Shown piece after piece: positions 26,568-40,223 of a stretch of DNA of 64,000 nucleotides; positions within the stretch are counted from its first letter, which is position 1; each line of letters starts with the position of its first letter. The stretch is from contig CM022670.1 of the NCBI GenBank assembly GCA_012295275.1, forward strand, positions 41,106,001-41,170,000, read 5' to 3'. The notes beneath the pieces were generated by a model that saw nothing but the letters and a program-made list of their open reading frames with translations, had not been told where the DNA came from and did not search any database. The translations under genes and the position numbers were made by a program. The stretch is from Chrysomallon squamiferum. Lineage: Eukaryota > Animalia > Mollusca.

Positions 26568-27675
26568 AAACTGATTTTTAAAGGTGAAAATTTACACAAG
26601 TTCTACCAGTGATCAACAAACGTATCTAAAAGGACATAATACTACATTTGAATGTGTTTTGTTATTTACTGCATTACAATATCTGCTATAAAAATGTTAT
26701 ACCTTTTTGCAAGAAAAAAAATTATATTTACAATCTATAAGAACATTTTTTTTTTTTTGGCGTATCATAACATGATATATTATATTTATATAATGTTTTT
26801 CAGTAAGGCACTGTGTTTTTAATATGTAATTATATGCTCTGTTTAATATTTGTAATCTGTGTATACAAGGAATTGATTAGGGTTCAAGCATGCATATGAT
26901 GGGAAAATCTAATATTTCTCCAAGCTGACCTGTCCAAGCATCTAATAATTTTGTGGTATTAATGAAAAATTCAGTTACAAAAGGGCTTAGAATCCACTTT
27001 TACTTATGGACTGACTGATAATAATTAACCGTTACTTCAACCTAATTAGTTGTAAAATCAATGACATTCAACAGTAAAGGACAAATGAATTGTTAAGAGA
27101 GTGCAAAAGAACTTCCATCCTTTTGAGTTTTGCTTTTCGTTATTGTTTTAAAAGTGATAAATGATATGTAAATTATTTTGCATCTAAGCTCTTCAAATCT
27201 TGCTGTAATAATGGTTCACACTAAATGTATTCATCTGCTTGTTTCATCTCCTTGTTATTCTGTAGTACACTGTGCCAAATTCAGTTTTCAAGGTATATAT
27301 ACTTAATTTTAATGAATGAATATATGAACCTTTACACCTTTCTTATTGATTAATGTTTATGTCCAACTATAAAGAAATGAAGAGGTGTGTCTGAACGATT
27401 TCATAGTGTTTTATAACTTTTTAATTAATATTTTTTTTGGCATTTTATATTTTATATGTTCAAAATTTATATTTTATATGTTCAAAATACACAATATATT
27501 TACATATTCTGTGAAACTAAGGTAGACATGGTGAGTTCAGTTTTATTGCTGAATTCTGTTTGTCTTGCCCTAACAGAAAATAAGACAAACGAGTAGAAAT
27601 ATGGAATATCTCTTCTCTTTTTATAAATTAATAAATATTTGGTCTGAATACCTCTTGAGACATTTAAGTATGGAT

Positions 27676-28500
27676 AAGGTGTTTGACATGTTTTATTATT
27701 ATTATTATTATTATGACTGTCTGAGAGAAATTCTGCTGATACTATTCTTGAACTAAGTCTGGTAGCAAGTTTTCATTTGTGCCAAGATCCAAAATAATCC
27801 CAAAGACATCAAGAATATTTATCCTGTAAGAAACTGTTGTCTTATCACTGCCTTTATTTAGGGATATGTTCAATTTTAGAATTTCGTTTTGTTAATTTGC
27901 ATTACATATTTTGTTTATTAATTTATTTGTATTATTTTACCAAATTTTCTTTTAAAATATGTTTTGATACAAATTTTTACAGTAAAATAAAATATGTCGT
28001 GTGTATTGATTTATTTTATAATTATATGAACGATAAAAAAAATTAATATAACGTGATGCATAACCTGAGCATGTGACTGTTAACATATTTATTTATTAAG
28101 GTGTTTGAGATATGTTTATTATTATTATTATGACTGTCTGAGAGAAATTCTGCTGATACTATTCTTGAACTAAGTCTGGTAGCAAGTTTTCATTTGTGCC
28201 AACATCCAAAATAATCCCAAAGACATCAAGAATATTTATCCTAATTTGTCATTTCCTGTAAGAAATTGTTGTTTTGTCACTGCCTTTATTTAATGGTATG
28301 TTCAATATTGCAATGTAATTTTGTTATTAATTTATTTGTATTTTTATCAAATTTTATCTTTTGTAAATATGTTTTGATACAAATTTTTATAGTATAATAA
28401 AATATGTAGAGTATATACATTTATTTTATAATTATATGAACTATGAGATTTTTAAATTTATGTGATGCATAACCTTAGCCTATGACTGTTAATGCATTTA
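27676..28500 (+). repeat. ~420-bp tandem duplication (2 units) downstream of copy B
   Basis: The marker atgactgtctgagagaaattctg recurs at ~27713 and ~28130. Confidence 0.88.
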
Positions 28501-29166
28501 TTTCATATGTGCATATCTTGTATGTTCTTAAATTGTACGACTTAAAGCTACAATTTAAAGCAGAAGAGGTATCTCCATATATCAGACGGTTTGAGTTTTA
28601 TTCTCTGTTAATGCAAAACAAACAAAATAGCTGGGTGTAACTGTCATTTGATATAAATATGCGTGTGTACACCTACACACACACAAACACACACACAACA
28701 CACACATGAACAAAATACTACTAAAAACATTTTATATTTGTTTTTTACTAGATTTTATTATTTTAAATTAAATTAATCCATTGGTTCTGATGAAAGTTTT
28801 ATTTATATATCAATTTTCAATGAAAGAAATAATTGGTTTGCAGTTTGTTTGATTAATTATGACATTGCTTGAGTGTTTTCTTCTTTATTTAATGATTTAC
28901 TTAGTTTCCTTTAAAAACTTGGATTATTTTATTTTATATTTAAATATTTCTGTTTAATGTGTCAATTACTTACCTCCCTAACTTAGAGAATGACAAGTTT
29001 GAGAATTATTTTTGATACTGGTTTAAATCTGTGTCTGACATGTATACAAGAGCTAATAGCATGATTAAAAATGATTGAAAATCATGTTGTTTTGTTATTG
29101 ATATTTAGTTCTTATTTACTTTGTATGACCACTAACCCAAAAACAACAAAAGACAAAATATATATA

Positions 29167-29860
29167 CATTGGTACCTTGACTTACGAGTTTAATTCGTTT
29201 AACTCAATTGCTCGTATATGAGTTCAATTATTCCAACAGAAATCCATTAATCCGTTCCAGCCAATTTGTTTTGTTGCTTTTTGTTTGTTATTGGTTTTTT
29301 GGGTGTTTTTTTTTTTTTTTTTTTTTTTGTAACGTCTTTTTAAATAAGAAAAATGTGTTTATAAATGTCAAATATTGTATAAAATATAAATTTTAAAAAA
29401 TGTAAAGAAATAAATTGGTTTTGTAAAGTGTGTTTATCTTGGCGATCAGTCAAATTATTTGAACGCATTTGGCTGAGTTATAGCCTTTATCGACTCTTCC
29501 TGCGTCAGTTTGGTGCATATCGTAGAAGTACTACGCTCGTACTGCTTAGCTAAGTCAACTACACGCACACCTCGCTCTTTTTTTTATGATTTCATGCTTT
29601 AATTCAATGGACATCATCAGCTTCCTCTTCTAGCACTGTCCTTTGCACTCGCTTTCCTATTTCTGGTCAGAAAATGGAAATTTGTCAAAATACTGCACAA
29701 AACGGGAGCACAACACATCAGAGATACTGCAATGGCATGGTAACCATGTGATGTAAAGGATGCTGAAGTTCGCTCGCAACTCAAAGCAAAAATCAGTCAG
29801 GCGACTCCTCGTAACTCAGATAACTCGTAAGTTGATGCAATCGTTAGTCTAGCTACAATG
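29167..29860 (-). mobile_element. Tigger/pogo DNA transposon remnant with N-terminal transposase fragment
   Basis: Same TA+cattggtaccttgacttacgag terminus. The minus strand at ~29450-29660 reads, with frameshifts, KASAKDSA..RKLMMSIELKHEII..GVRVVDLAKQYERSTSTICT..ESIKAIT. This is a CENP-B/psq-type HTH typical of Tigger transposases. Confidence 0.85.
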
Positions 29861-30301
29861 TCCAAAAACATTAACTGAATGGAATGTGTTGAAATAACTA
29901 GAAATTGATTTACAAGTGAAACTTGTCAAAATGAAAATAAAGTAATTTTCACTGTTTCTCAAATAAAGAAAAAACAAAACAATAACAACAACATCAATAA
30001 TAATAATGAAAAAAAAAAAATAAAAATATATTGAGAAAATTATTTTAAAAGTGAACTCAGTTTGTCAGTATTAACTTTTTATTTTCATCACAAAAATCAG
30101 CAACAAATATTTTTGACCATCTGCTTGGATTTTCTTTTCAAACAAGCTGGTAAAATTCATGACTTACTGAAACAATCTCAAATTACATACATGCTTATCA
30201 ATATTTTTTTTATTTCGAAACAAACATCTTTGAGGGTAAAAAAAAAACAACAACAAAAAACAAAAACGAAAACAAACCATAATTGGATGCAATTATTTCT
30301 A

Positions 30302-30332
<31 letters not shown>

Positions 30333-31923
30333 TGACATTAAATTCACACAAAATCTAATTCTGCATCTGACATCATCAAGTATCCACGTTTGAGCCAATT
30401 CTCTGCATTATAATTACTATGCTTTTATCAGGATATTCTGTTATTTTATATCGTGGTGTATAAATGGGCAGAGGAAATAAAAATATAATCGAAATCGAAC
30501 TTGTGTAGTTTTTGTGTGAGGGTGCTGTACGCACCCAGCCACATATATATTGCGAGTTTTTTTTTCTTTTTGTTTCCTTTGTTTTCTTTTTGCTTATTTA
30601 AACCTTTTTCTGTGTGTGTATGTGTGTGTCTTGTTGTTTTTTTAATTGAGATTTGTCATTCTAGACTTGTATATGATTAACTAATTTACACAGAAATAAT
30701 TATTCACATCAAAAGAAAGATCATGAAATGCCAACTCAGTATGTATAAATATAAAAACAGTAGACCAATATGTTTAGTCCATAAGTTTGCCTTCATTCAA
30801 CTTACTTATCTATATTCACGTACACATAATGTAATCTTAATGCATTTAGAAAGTCACTTGTGTATATTAAAATGATTAGAGCTAAAAATTTGAATATTAA
30901 TTATAAATTGACTAACATCATACTGATGGTAGAAGAAACAAATTTCTGTTGTGTTAATAGCTGTATAAGTTAAAAATTGACATTGTTGATCATCCCATTT
31001 TTCATTCTTGTTACTGAGATTTATTTTATATTATAAAAAAATCAAATGTGACATTAGTATCAGTATTTTGAAGTCAAAACATGATTTTAAACTGCTTTAT
31101 CTGTGGCAATGGATGACAATGGCTTCGTTTTATAAATGATTTATTTTGTTCTATTTATTATTGTTATTATAATTTTTTCTCATATATTATTAAACAATTA
31201 GTTTATTTCCTGATCAGGTATTTATTTAAGTGTTGTTCATGTTTTATGTTTTAAGGTTTCATTAAACGTAAGTTCAGTAAGTTTTCTTTTGGTAGCATGT
31301 TTAAATTCTGCAATACTACGATTAACCTCTGCACTCATTTTCCGTATTGTAGAATATCAGAGGTAATGTCAGGGGTTTAGTTAAATACTGTTAGTGTTAC
31401 TATACTGTTTACATAATTGTTTCCAAATGCATTTCTTCATGCTTTTTACTTAAGTTACACTGTGGATTACTGTACTAATTAACAACCACAATCTGAATTT
31501 TTATCACTTTTTAAAATCTGTTAGTCACTGGTGTTGTAGTAAATAAATATAAAGGTCATACCTTAAAATAGAAAAAATAAATAAATACACTGTTAATAAT
31601 AAATGAATAAATAAATAATTATAAGATAAGAAAAATGTTTATGAAATCATTTGGTATAGTTCTTATATGTAACTACTCTAAAGGTTATATTATTTAATGA
31701 TGATGATGATGATGATTGTGTTGTTTTAAAGCATGGCCTGATAACACAGAAATATTTCTTTGAATTATCTTTTAATACTTAAATATATGTTTAAAAACTG
31801 TATTGTATGTCTGTCACAATTTTTATTCCTTTGCAAATTTCAATTTATTTATTTATTCTATTTTTATTTATTTATTTATTTTATATCTTACAATATTTCA
31901 TCTTATGATTTTATATGTGGATT

Positions 31924-31926
<3 letters not shown>

Positions 31927-32004
<78 letters not shown>

Positions 32005-32020
32005 AATAATAGTAGTAGTA
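31927..32020. repeat. (ATA)n(ATG)n(GTA)n compound microsatellite
   Basis: Read directly from the sequence. Confidence 0.95.
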
Positions 32021-34738
32021 TAACAACAAAAATCATTTCAATTTCATAATCAGCTGTGTTTTAATTTACCTTTTATTATGGTTTTTATATTTTTTCATTT
32101 GTTTATCAATTAATTCACGGACTCACATTTTATTTCAGATAAATTAGAACAAAACTAAAAAATATGTAGAGTTTTCTTTCTTATGGATCACTCAATCTCT
32201 GCAGAGTTTTTCATTTCAATTTTTATCTGATATCTGAAGATTATCTAATTTCACTTAAAAATAACTTTGTTTTATTCATCTCTCTATCTTCATTTTCAGT
32301 AAACATTTTCACTTCTTCAATCAAACAAATTGTTTTTAACAGACACTATCTCATTGTCAAGAATAATATGTAAATGTGTTATTCCTAAATGAATAATATA
32401 GAAATATTATTTATTTTTCACTAATACCATGTGGAAGGTTTTGTTTTTGTTTTGTTAAACAAGCCACTAAAATTAGTTTGTTAAATAGGTTTTTCTTTTC
32501 TAAAACTTTGAAGTTGCAAAATGGTTCTAACATTTATTAAATATTCACTATTGTATTTACTAAATTGGCAAGAATAAAATAAAAATATCAAAGAATTTGT
32601 TTTCTTTTGTTTCCACAAATGATAGCTATACTAGAACATGAATATGAACATCACAAAGACCGAGAGATAACAGGTCAGTTAGGACTGGGTGACATCCACC
32701 CAGACTTTGTGAGTACCCAGGCAGAGAATAAAGCTGCATCATCAAAGAGTTGTGCAAATCAAGAATTAATGGACTATTTTGCCCGTCTTGGCCAATCTAC
32801 TGATGAAAATGAGACAATAAATCTGAATTTTGTTGAAACTCTGCTGCATGGTGGAGCAAACATAAACTGTACTGACAAACATGGACAGACAATTTTACAT
32901 GACGTAAGTGTAATAGAAATTTATAGGCTATTATTTTAGTCTTGAGTGCATTGTCCAAGTGGCTTTTTAGTACCAGAGACTTTCAATTCAGTGTTCATGG
33001 GTCACTAGATCTATAAATCTTGATGATCCATATTTTCTGTTTATCATAAGCTAATGATCTGTAAGTGGCCTTCCTTCGAATTAAAACATGTTTATTTACT
33101 ATTTTCTAGTTAAGATTTTTAAACTGTATTTGACTTTAATTATATTTAGGTTGCTCGAACATGGCATGTAGATGTTGCCAGATTTCTTATTGAACATGGA
33201 GCCAACGTCAATGCTGCTGACAAGTATGGCAGAACTCCACTCCATGTTGCAGCAGCAGCAGACTATGCAGACATGGTCAACCTACTCATTGACAACAAAG
33301 GTGTGTGTGTGTATGGTTTTTCTTATTCATTAAGTATCCTCTTTCTCAAGGGTAGACTGGTCTGTTTATAACAGATTGAAATATGTGCAGTGTTGTATGT
33401 ATTTCCCAATCAAAACTAACAAATAATTCTGCTTATCGTTAAATATTATATAAACAGTAACATGTAGTTCCATTGGACATGGCAGCATGAAATATGTAAA
33501 TCACTCTAGTTTGGCCTGTATGTTTAGTGTGAATGCAGTTCTGTATTTGCAGTGGTGGTTGTATTCTTCTCAGTGTTACTGTCTGCTCAGATGGCTAAAG
33601 TGTGTTAATCTGTATTAAAACATAACTGTGCGTTGCTTCAAATTTCAGGTTTTCTATCTGATACTAAACACACACATAGGCTAAACAAAATGATTTGTTA
33701 AAATTAAACTCTAAGTATATGTAATATATATCTGCTCACTCCTCCACATTTAAACCAACATTAACTTGTATTTATTAATCTGCTCAATGTACAGTGGATA
33801 GCATTTGGCAGATCAGTTGTGAAATGGTTGTTTATTTATAATGCTTATTTAATTATTTTTACTTTTTAATTTCCATTTAAAACACATTTTCTTTATTTCT
33901 ATTTTGTTTTTAATTCTTTAAATTATGTCACTTTGTTTCAGTAAATTATTTTTTAATGCTTAGAAAGTACTAATTGTTTCATGATAACATAAGAATGACT
34001 AATTGTTTTATTATGCTTGTCACATGGATTCCCTTAAGTTGTAAATATATATCTGTCTCAGACAGGTTACTACCCAAGTTGGCTTGCTCTAGGTGTATCG
34101 GATATAGGATCTTTCTATGCAATAAATACTGTATCACGTTTTTGTACCCTAGAACACAACAAACACAAGATATATTTAAAAACTGTATTTGCACTAGCTT
34201 TGAACATTCACTATAGCAGTAAAGACTAATATAGATGAATAGAAATACTGTAATCTGGCACATCAATCACATATGGGTTAATACAATGAAAACAGCAATT
34301 ATATAAATAACTAGTTACCAAGTGTGTTCAGGGATAGTGACTGTTCCACAGGACTCGTACCTGAGTTCTCCCCATATAAAAAAATATCTCCGGTCTTTTA
34401 TAACAAAGAAAAGGGACTTGCGTTATTTGGCAACATGTTACGAAATTTAGCTTGATTCAAATATGACGCAAATAATTTTTTACAATTTAATTAACAAAAA
34501 TGAAAGATATAATTAACAATATACAGAAAAAATATTGGTATTTGATACTCATATTTATCAGAAATGTGAATAAAGTTAATTTTATTAAGTTTTAAATGCT
34601 GAACTGATAGATTTTAGAATTGTTTTGTAAATTTTCAGTAATTACTAATAAGATATTTTTTTTTAATGTATAACCCTTGTTCATTTTGTATTGTTTAAAT
34701 GCAATAATTATTCATAATTATTTTATTAACAGCTTAAA

Positions 34739-34741
<3 letters not shown>

Positions 34742-34776
<35 letters not shown>
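34742..34776. repeat. (GT)n microsatellite
   Basis: Read directly from the sequence. Confidence 0.95.
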
Positions 34777-34777
<1 letters not shown>

Positions 34778-37700
34778 TAATGCATACCAACAGAGAAAAT
34801 GTAATTTTTATGCAATAAGCAAGAAATTAATTTTATGTTAGATAAATTTAAATGAATTAAAACAAATTCAATAATAATGTTATATTATTTCAACATTATG
34901 TTATAAGATAAGAATATTTCTTTTAAAATACTTTTATTATGTTAATACTTTAGGTTATAAATATATATATAGCAGTATAAATGTTTTAAGTTAATAACTT
35001 ATAATATATCTTTTATTACTATGTTGTTATGTTAGTCTAAGGTATGTGTTTATTACAGTGTTATCATGCTGATTTGTAATGATATAAATGTTTTATGGTG
35101 GTGTGTTATTAGATATCTTTTTGTTACAGAAAAGGTGCAGGGAAGAACTTGATCCTAAACTTTTTATATATTCTCATATGGACTGTTATTGGTGTTCATG
35201 GGGAATATGATGTCAGGTACCAATACAATTTACCAAACGACAGCTGGAGAATTGTGTTATGGGTTAGTAACTCATTAAATCAATGACATTTCATGGGTCC
35301 TAAAATTTTCAAATGAGGATGTATCTGGCCAAAAAAGACCTTAAAATGACCATTGTTGAACATTTATATTTGTTTATTTCAAATCATAACTCCATCATTT
35401 CAAAGTTGCCCAGTTCATTTGCAAACCCTGGGTGTTGCTAATGATCTCTCACCCAAACAATACCTCAGGTTAAGCAAGGAAGCAGACTAGGGTTCAAAGT
35501 TAACTGATCACAAAATCTCTCTACTCCCGTAAATATGCAGTTATAAATAATTGATTTCAGAAATTATCAGTGATGAAGGTGTAATGTTCATTTTGAAAAC
35601 ACTGAACTGTTTCTAAAATTGAATTTAAAATAATAATAAAATATTTTTTGATCAAAGTTTGTATTTTACACATAGCCGGTAAACAATTAACATCAGGAAA
35701 CAAATGACATAGTGGCAGACTGGCTAGTAAACAGATGCATGTTTGAAATAAACAAGCATAACAGTGCAAAAACAGTTATTTTTTATCCTGTTCTTTCCCA
35801 TTCACTATTTGTATGCATCACTATTTCTTTAGCAAGATTCATATTAGTTATCTCATCATCTGAAGCACATACAAACTAATATTACTTTCACTTCATCTTT
35901 AATCATCTTTTAAAATATTGTTGTTTTAATTATTATAATTATTATTTTTTTATCTTTCTGTTTGTTTCCTTGTTTGATTGCTTCATTGTTCATTGTTTGG
36001 TTGTATATTTGTTTCAGATGGTAGCTGTTGCATTTACTGGATGGAAGATAGTGGTAGAGCTGTTGGAATACACTCGGTCAAAAAGAGCACATCGGGTTTG
36101 TAATCTAAGTACTCTGATCCACAAACATAGATTATTCTTTGATATAACCACTGAAAGTACATCTTTAACTGAAATGTTAAGTAAAACTGATTTTACACAG
36201 TTATGTTTCTTTGAAACATTTCTAGCCAAATAGAATCTCACAGTTTCTGAAAAAGAAAAAAAAAAAAAGAGAAGAAAAACAAGAAATAAGGTGTAATTTA
36301 CAAACAAATAAAATAAAAAACGCAAATACAATAATATTTATTTGATGGGTGATGCAATAATGGATGTAGTTGTGGTGTCTGGGAGGGTGGGAAGCTACTG
36401 ATAATAGAGATTTCGGTCCTTCTCATGATCACTGAAAAGTATAGAGGAAACTCAGTCCTTATCATTGCTCAAAGTAAGTTTGGGTAAAAGAAAATTAACC
36501 GACAAGTATCGTGCTTAAAGCATCTGTTACAGAATGGAGCATTATGATAGTCAGGCTTGGAGTGCCTTTATACCAAATATTTTATGTCATCATATATTTA
36601 CATCTTTTATCTTTCTTAATTGTTGTTTGTTTATTTATCAGTTTGTTCCATCCTCATTTTGTGATTACGTCATCAGACGATCCATCCATCCACGAGTCTT
36701 CTCATGTTTCTTTTTTTTTTTTTTTTTTTTTCAGAATGCAATGGAGTTGCGAACTCAGGAAATAAAAGAAGATTTAAAATTCTGTCACCCTCGATGGCCA
36801 GAAGAAAGAAATTTCCTAGAATCAGAGTTGAATGAACTAACCAAGCTAAGCCCTAACTACTTCAGTGACTACTGGTAAAACATAAACAAACATTTTATTT
36901 CATATTTCAGTTATAATTGGTGTATTAGAAACACTGTAACTTTTGTTTCTGTTTGAAGATGAGTGGAAATCACAATTTATCTGTGCAAAATTTCTGACTT
37001 CAAGAAGTAGGTACATACAACAGAGTTGTTTGTTTAAAAACATGTATTTTCTAAGAATATGTTTTGATGTTGTTTACTTCTTGTTTAATGTTTTGTTTTG
37101 TTTCTTCTTATTTACTTATTTTTGTTTATTTTTTTATTTTTAAATAATGGTTTGGTGTTTTTTAGGAATATGTTTGACTGGGTGTGTTACTTTTTGTTGT
37201 TGACGTCATTCATCACTCACCTGGTTGACATTGGTTCCCACACAAACAAAATTGCGCGTGTACACGTCTCTGTGATGAGTGTTACAATAATTCTACTCTG
37301 GCTGAGGCTAATGAAACATGCTAGAGCATTTCCAGTTTTTGGTATTTAAAAAAATTATATTTTTGTTTGTCGTTATGCAGTTTTAATTTATAAGAAATTT
37401 ATACTGCATACACTTTATATTTAGTTAATAATATGTTGATATTTGAAAGCATGAAGAATAGTTGGGTATAATATGAACAAGTGAAAAAGAAATAGCTAAG
37501 TAACTAAATAATTACTATGAATCAAAACAGAATGTGAAATAAATATTTAAATAGTTTTTAAAAATAAAAGAAAGAAAGAAATTGTGAAATTTTTATCAGA
37601 CTATTTATTATGAATGTGCTGTTGCTGTTGTTTGTGGTGATGTTGTGTTTACTTGATATACTTTCTAACAGGACCTTTCATTGTGATGCTGGGACACATG

Positions 37701-38520
37701 ATGGGAGACATGGTGAGGTTTGCATTTCTCTACTGTGAGTTCTACATTCCATACGGTGAGTAACTTATTCTTTACATAGTTATTACATGTGTTTATTTCT
37801 GCATTCAGAAAGGTCAAAAAAATGTGAAAAATTCAATCATGTTTTCTTTCATGACAGTGAAAGCAACACGTTCTCCGATTTTTGTCCAAATTTTCCATAA
37901 CGATTTGTGCCTCATTTCTTCAGATGCATGCACATACTGTTAATATTTAACAATTTTATCAGAATTTGTTTTAGTTATATATATATGTAAAGAAAAAAGA
38001 AAAAAGATTATATATATATATGTTTTTGTTTTTATATATATATATGTATATAAAGAAAAAAAAAAAAAATTTTTCCCTGAGAGTTGAATCAAATTCATGA
38101 GTATTTTCCAGTTTGTGCCTTTTGGATGTTGTTTGGTGGGGAGAAAAAACCAGACTCAGGGGAAGGTCCATTGATCAGTGTGACCTGGTTTAATAGCATC
38201 GATCAGGTCATGTTTAGTCTGTTCAGGCTGACCCTAGTTGATGACTATGATTATGAGGTTAGTTAAAACCACTATGTATTTATAATAATATTAGAAAAGA
38301 TGAAGTACATCCATACTTAAAGATATTTTACATATTAACTTTGATATTTTTACTCTCTCAGTCTTTTTAATTTTTATTAATTTCAGTATTTATTTATATG
38401 TATCCATTAAAAAAACTGTATTTTTCTTAGTTGTAATACTTAAAAATATATTTTAATTTTTTTATTTTTTATTTTTTGACACTATTATATATATGTATAT
38501 ATATATATATATGTATATAT

Positions 38521-38567
<47 letters not shown>

Positions 38568-39538
38568 TCAAAAATTAATTTTCAGACAATGAAACAAGTT
38601 GATTCTGTCATGGCCGATATTCTTATTGGAACCTGGTTGGCACTGTCAGCCATATTGTGCCTTAATCTCTTCATAGCACTGTTGTCAAACACCTTTCAGT
38701 GGGTTTTGTTTGGCCTTGTTTGGCCTTGATCTGGTAACAGCTGAGTATGTTTTTGGTGTGCTGTTTAAATTTTGTATACTGGTGTGTTATTTTTATGTGT
38801 GTAAAATATTAATTATTTTGTTAAATTTATACAGTTACAGATGCAACAGTTTAAATATAGGACATAATGTTACAGTTACACCTTGTTATGAAGAAATCAT
38901 TTAAAATAGTTATCATTTTATTTTTAAGTCTGCTTGAGGATTTATTAACAGTATTTGGAAGTAACTCAAATTGATTTTGTTTGATGTTTTATTGGTAAGA
39001 ATAAATCTTTATTTAAAGATTATATTTAATGTTGATGATTATATTTTGAATTATTAAAAAGAAAATTCACCAGTGCAATAGTTAATCTTTTTTCAACAAA
39101 ATATGTTTTATATATAAGTATATCACAACTTGAATATACAAGAATTAGAATGTTGACTGGATTTAATGTTGATTGGATCTAATATCTAAACATAGTATGA
39201 TTGATTCTGCAGTCTAATGATCCTCGGTCCATTGATATATATAGAGCTACAGCTCAGATAAATATAGTTTCCCTTATCTTATACTAATTAAGATATTTGT
39301 TATTTTCCTGCACAGAGTTTATGACAATGCTCAGGAACATGCTCTCATGCAGAAAGCTATCACAATTTTAAATATCTGGGAAGAATGTCAAAGGAACGAC
39401 GTCACAAATTTCTTAAATATGTGCACAGTGAATGCAACCCCAAACGAGATCCATACGATGATGATGTGACAACTAGTGGAGAGGGGAATCTTAAAAAATA
39501 CACCATCCAAATGAAGGTACAGGTTTTGAAATATTTGT

Positions 39539-39589
<51 letters not shown>

Positions 39590-39776
39590 TTATAATAATG
39601 ATGATGATATTATTGTTTTAGACTTCGATAATAATATTTATTATTACAATGATGATGTACTACTACTAATAATATTCATCCTTTTAAAGGAACAACTTAA
39701 TGAGCTGTCAGAGGACATAAAAAAGACTTGAAGAGCAGTCTGAAAACTATCAAACGCCTACTCCAGAAACAGCATG

Positions 39777-40223
39777 GTAGATAACAGAGATTGACTTATT
39801 TTTAAAATCATTATACATAGATAACAGAGATTGACTTATTTTTAATATTTTAACAGATTGACTTATTTTACATTATAAATAGATAACACAGAGTTTGAAC
39901 ATTATAAATTAGATATAGATAACAACATAGATTGACTTATTTTTTTAATTATAAATAGATAACAAACTGACTTATTATACATTATAAATAGATAACAAGA
40001 CACTTATTTTAATTATAAATAGATTACAGAGATTGACTTATTTATAAATAGATAAATGTGACTGACTTATTTTTTTACATTATAAATAGAAAAAACAAAT
40101 AGATGCATTCTGCATTATAAGTAGATAACCGAGATTGATTTATTTTATATTATCAATAGATAACTGAGATTTTACATTATTATTTTTTTATATTATAAAT
40201 AGATGAATAGGTAAAATGAATAG
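39777..40223 (+). repeat. 33-35 bp minisatellite, copy C (irregular)
   Basis: Same unit with many indels. Confidence 0.88.

Noticed and set aside
31760-32023. Hydrophobic poly-I/M/F/Y ORFs here and elsewhere (e.g. 53069-53359, 51312-51530)
   Set aside because: They are translations of microsatellites and AT-rich intron sequence.
33510-33517. Possible 8-nt rescue microexon (ag|tttggcct|gt) at the copy C deletion
   Set aside because: It gives phase 0 where the S1 exon needs phase 2, so the frame is not restored.
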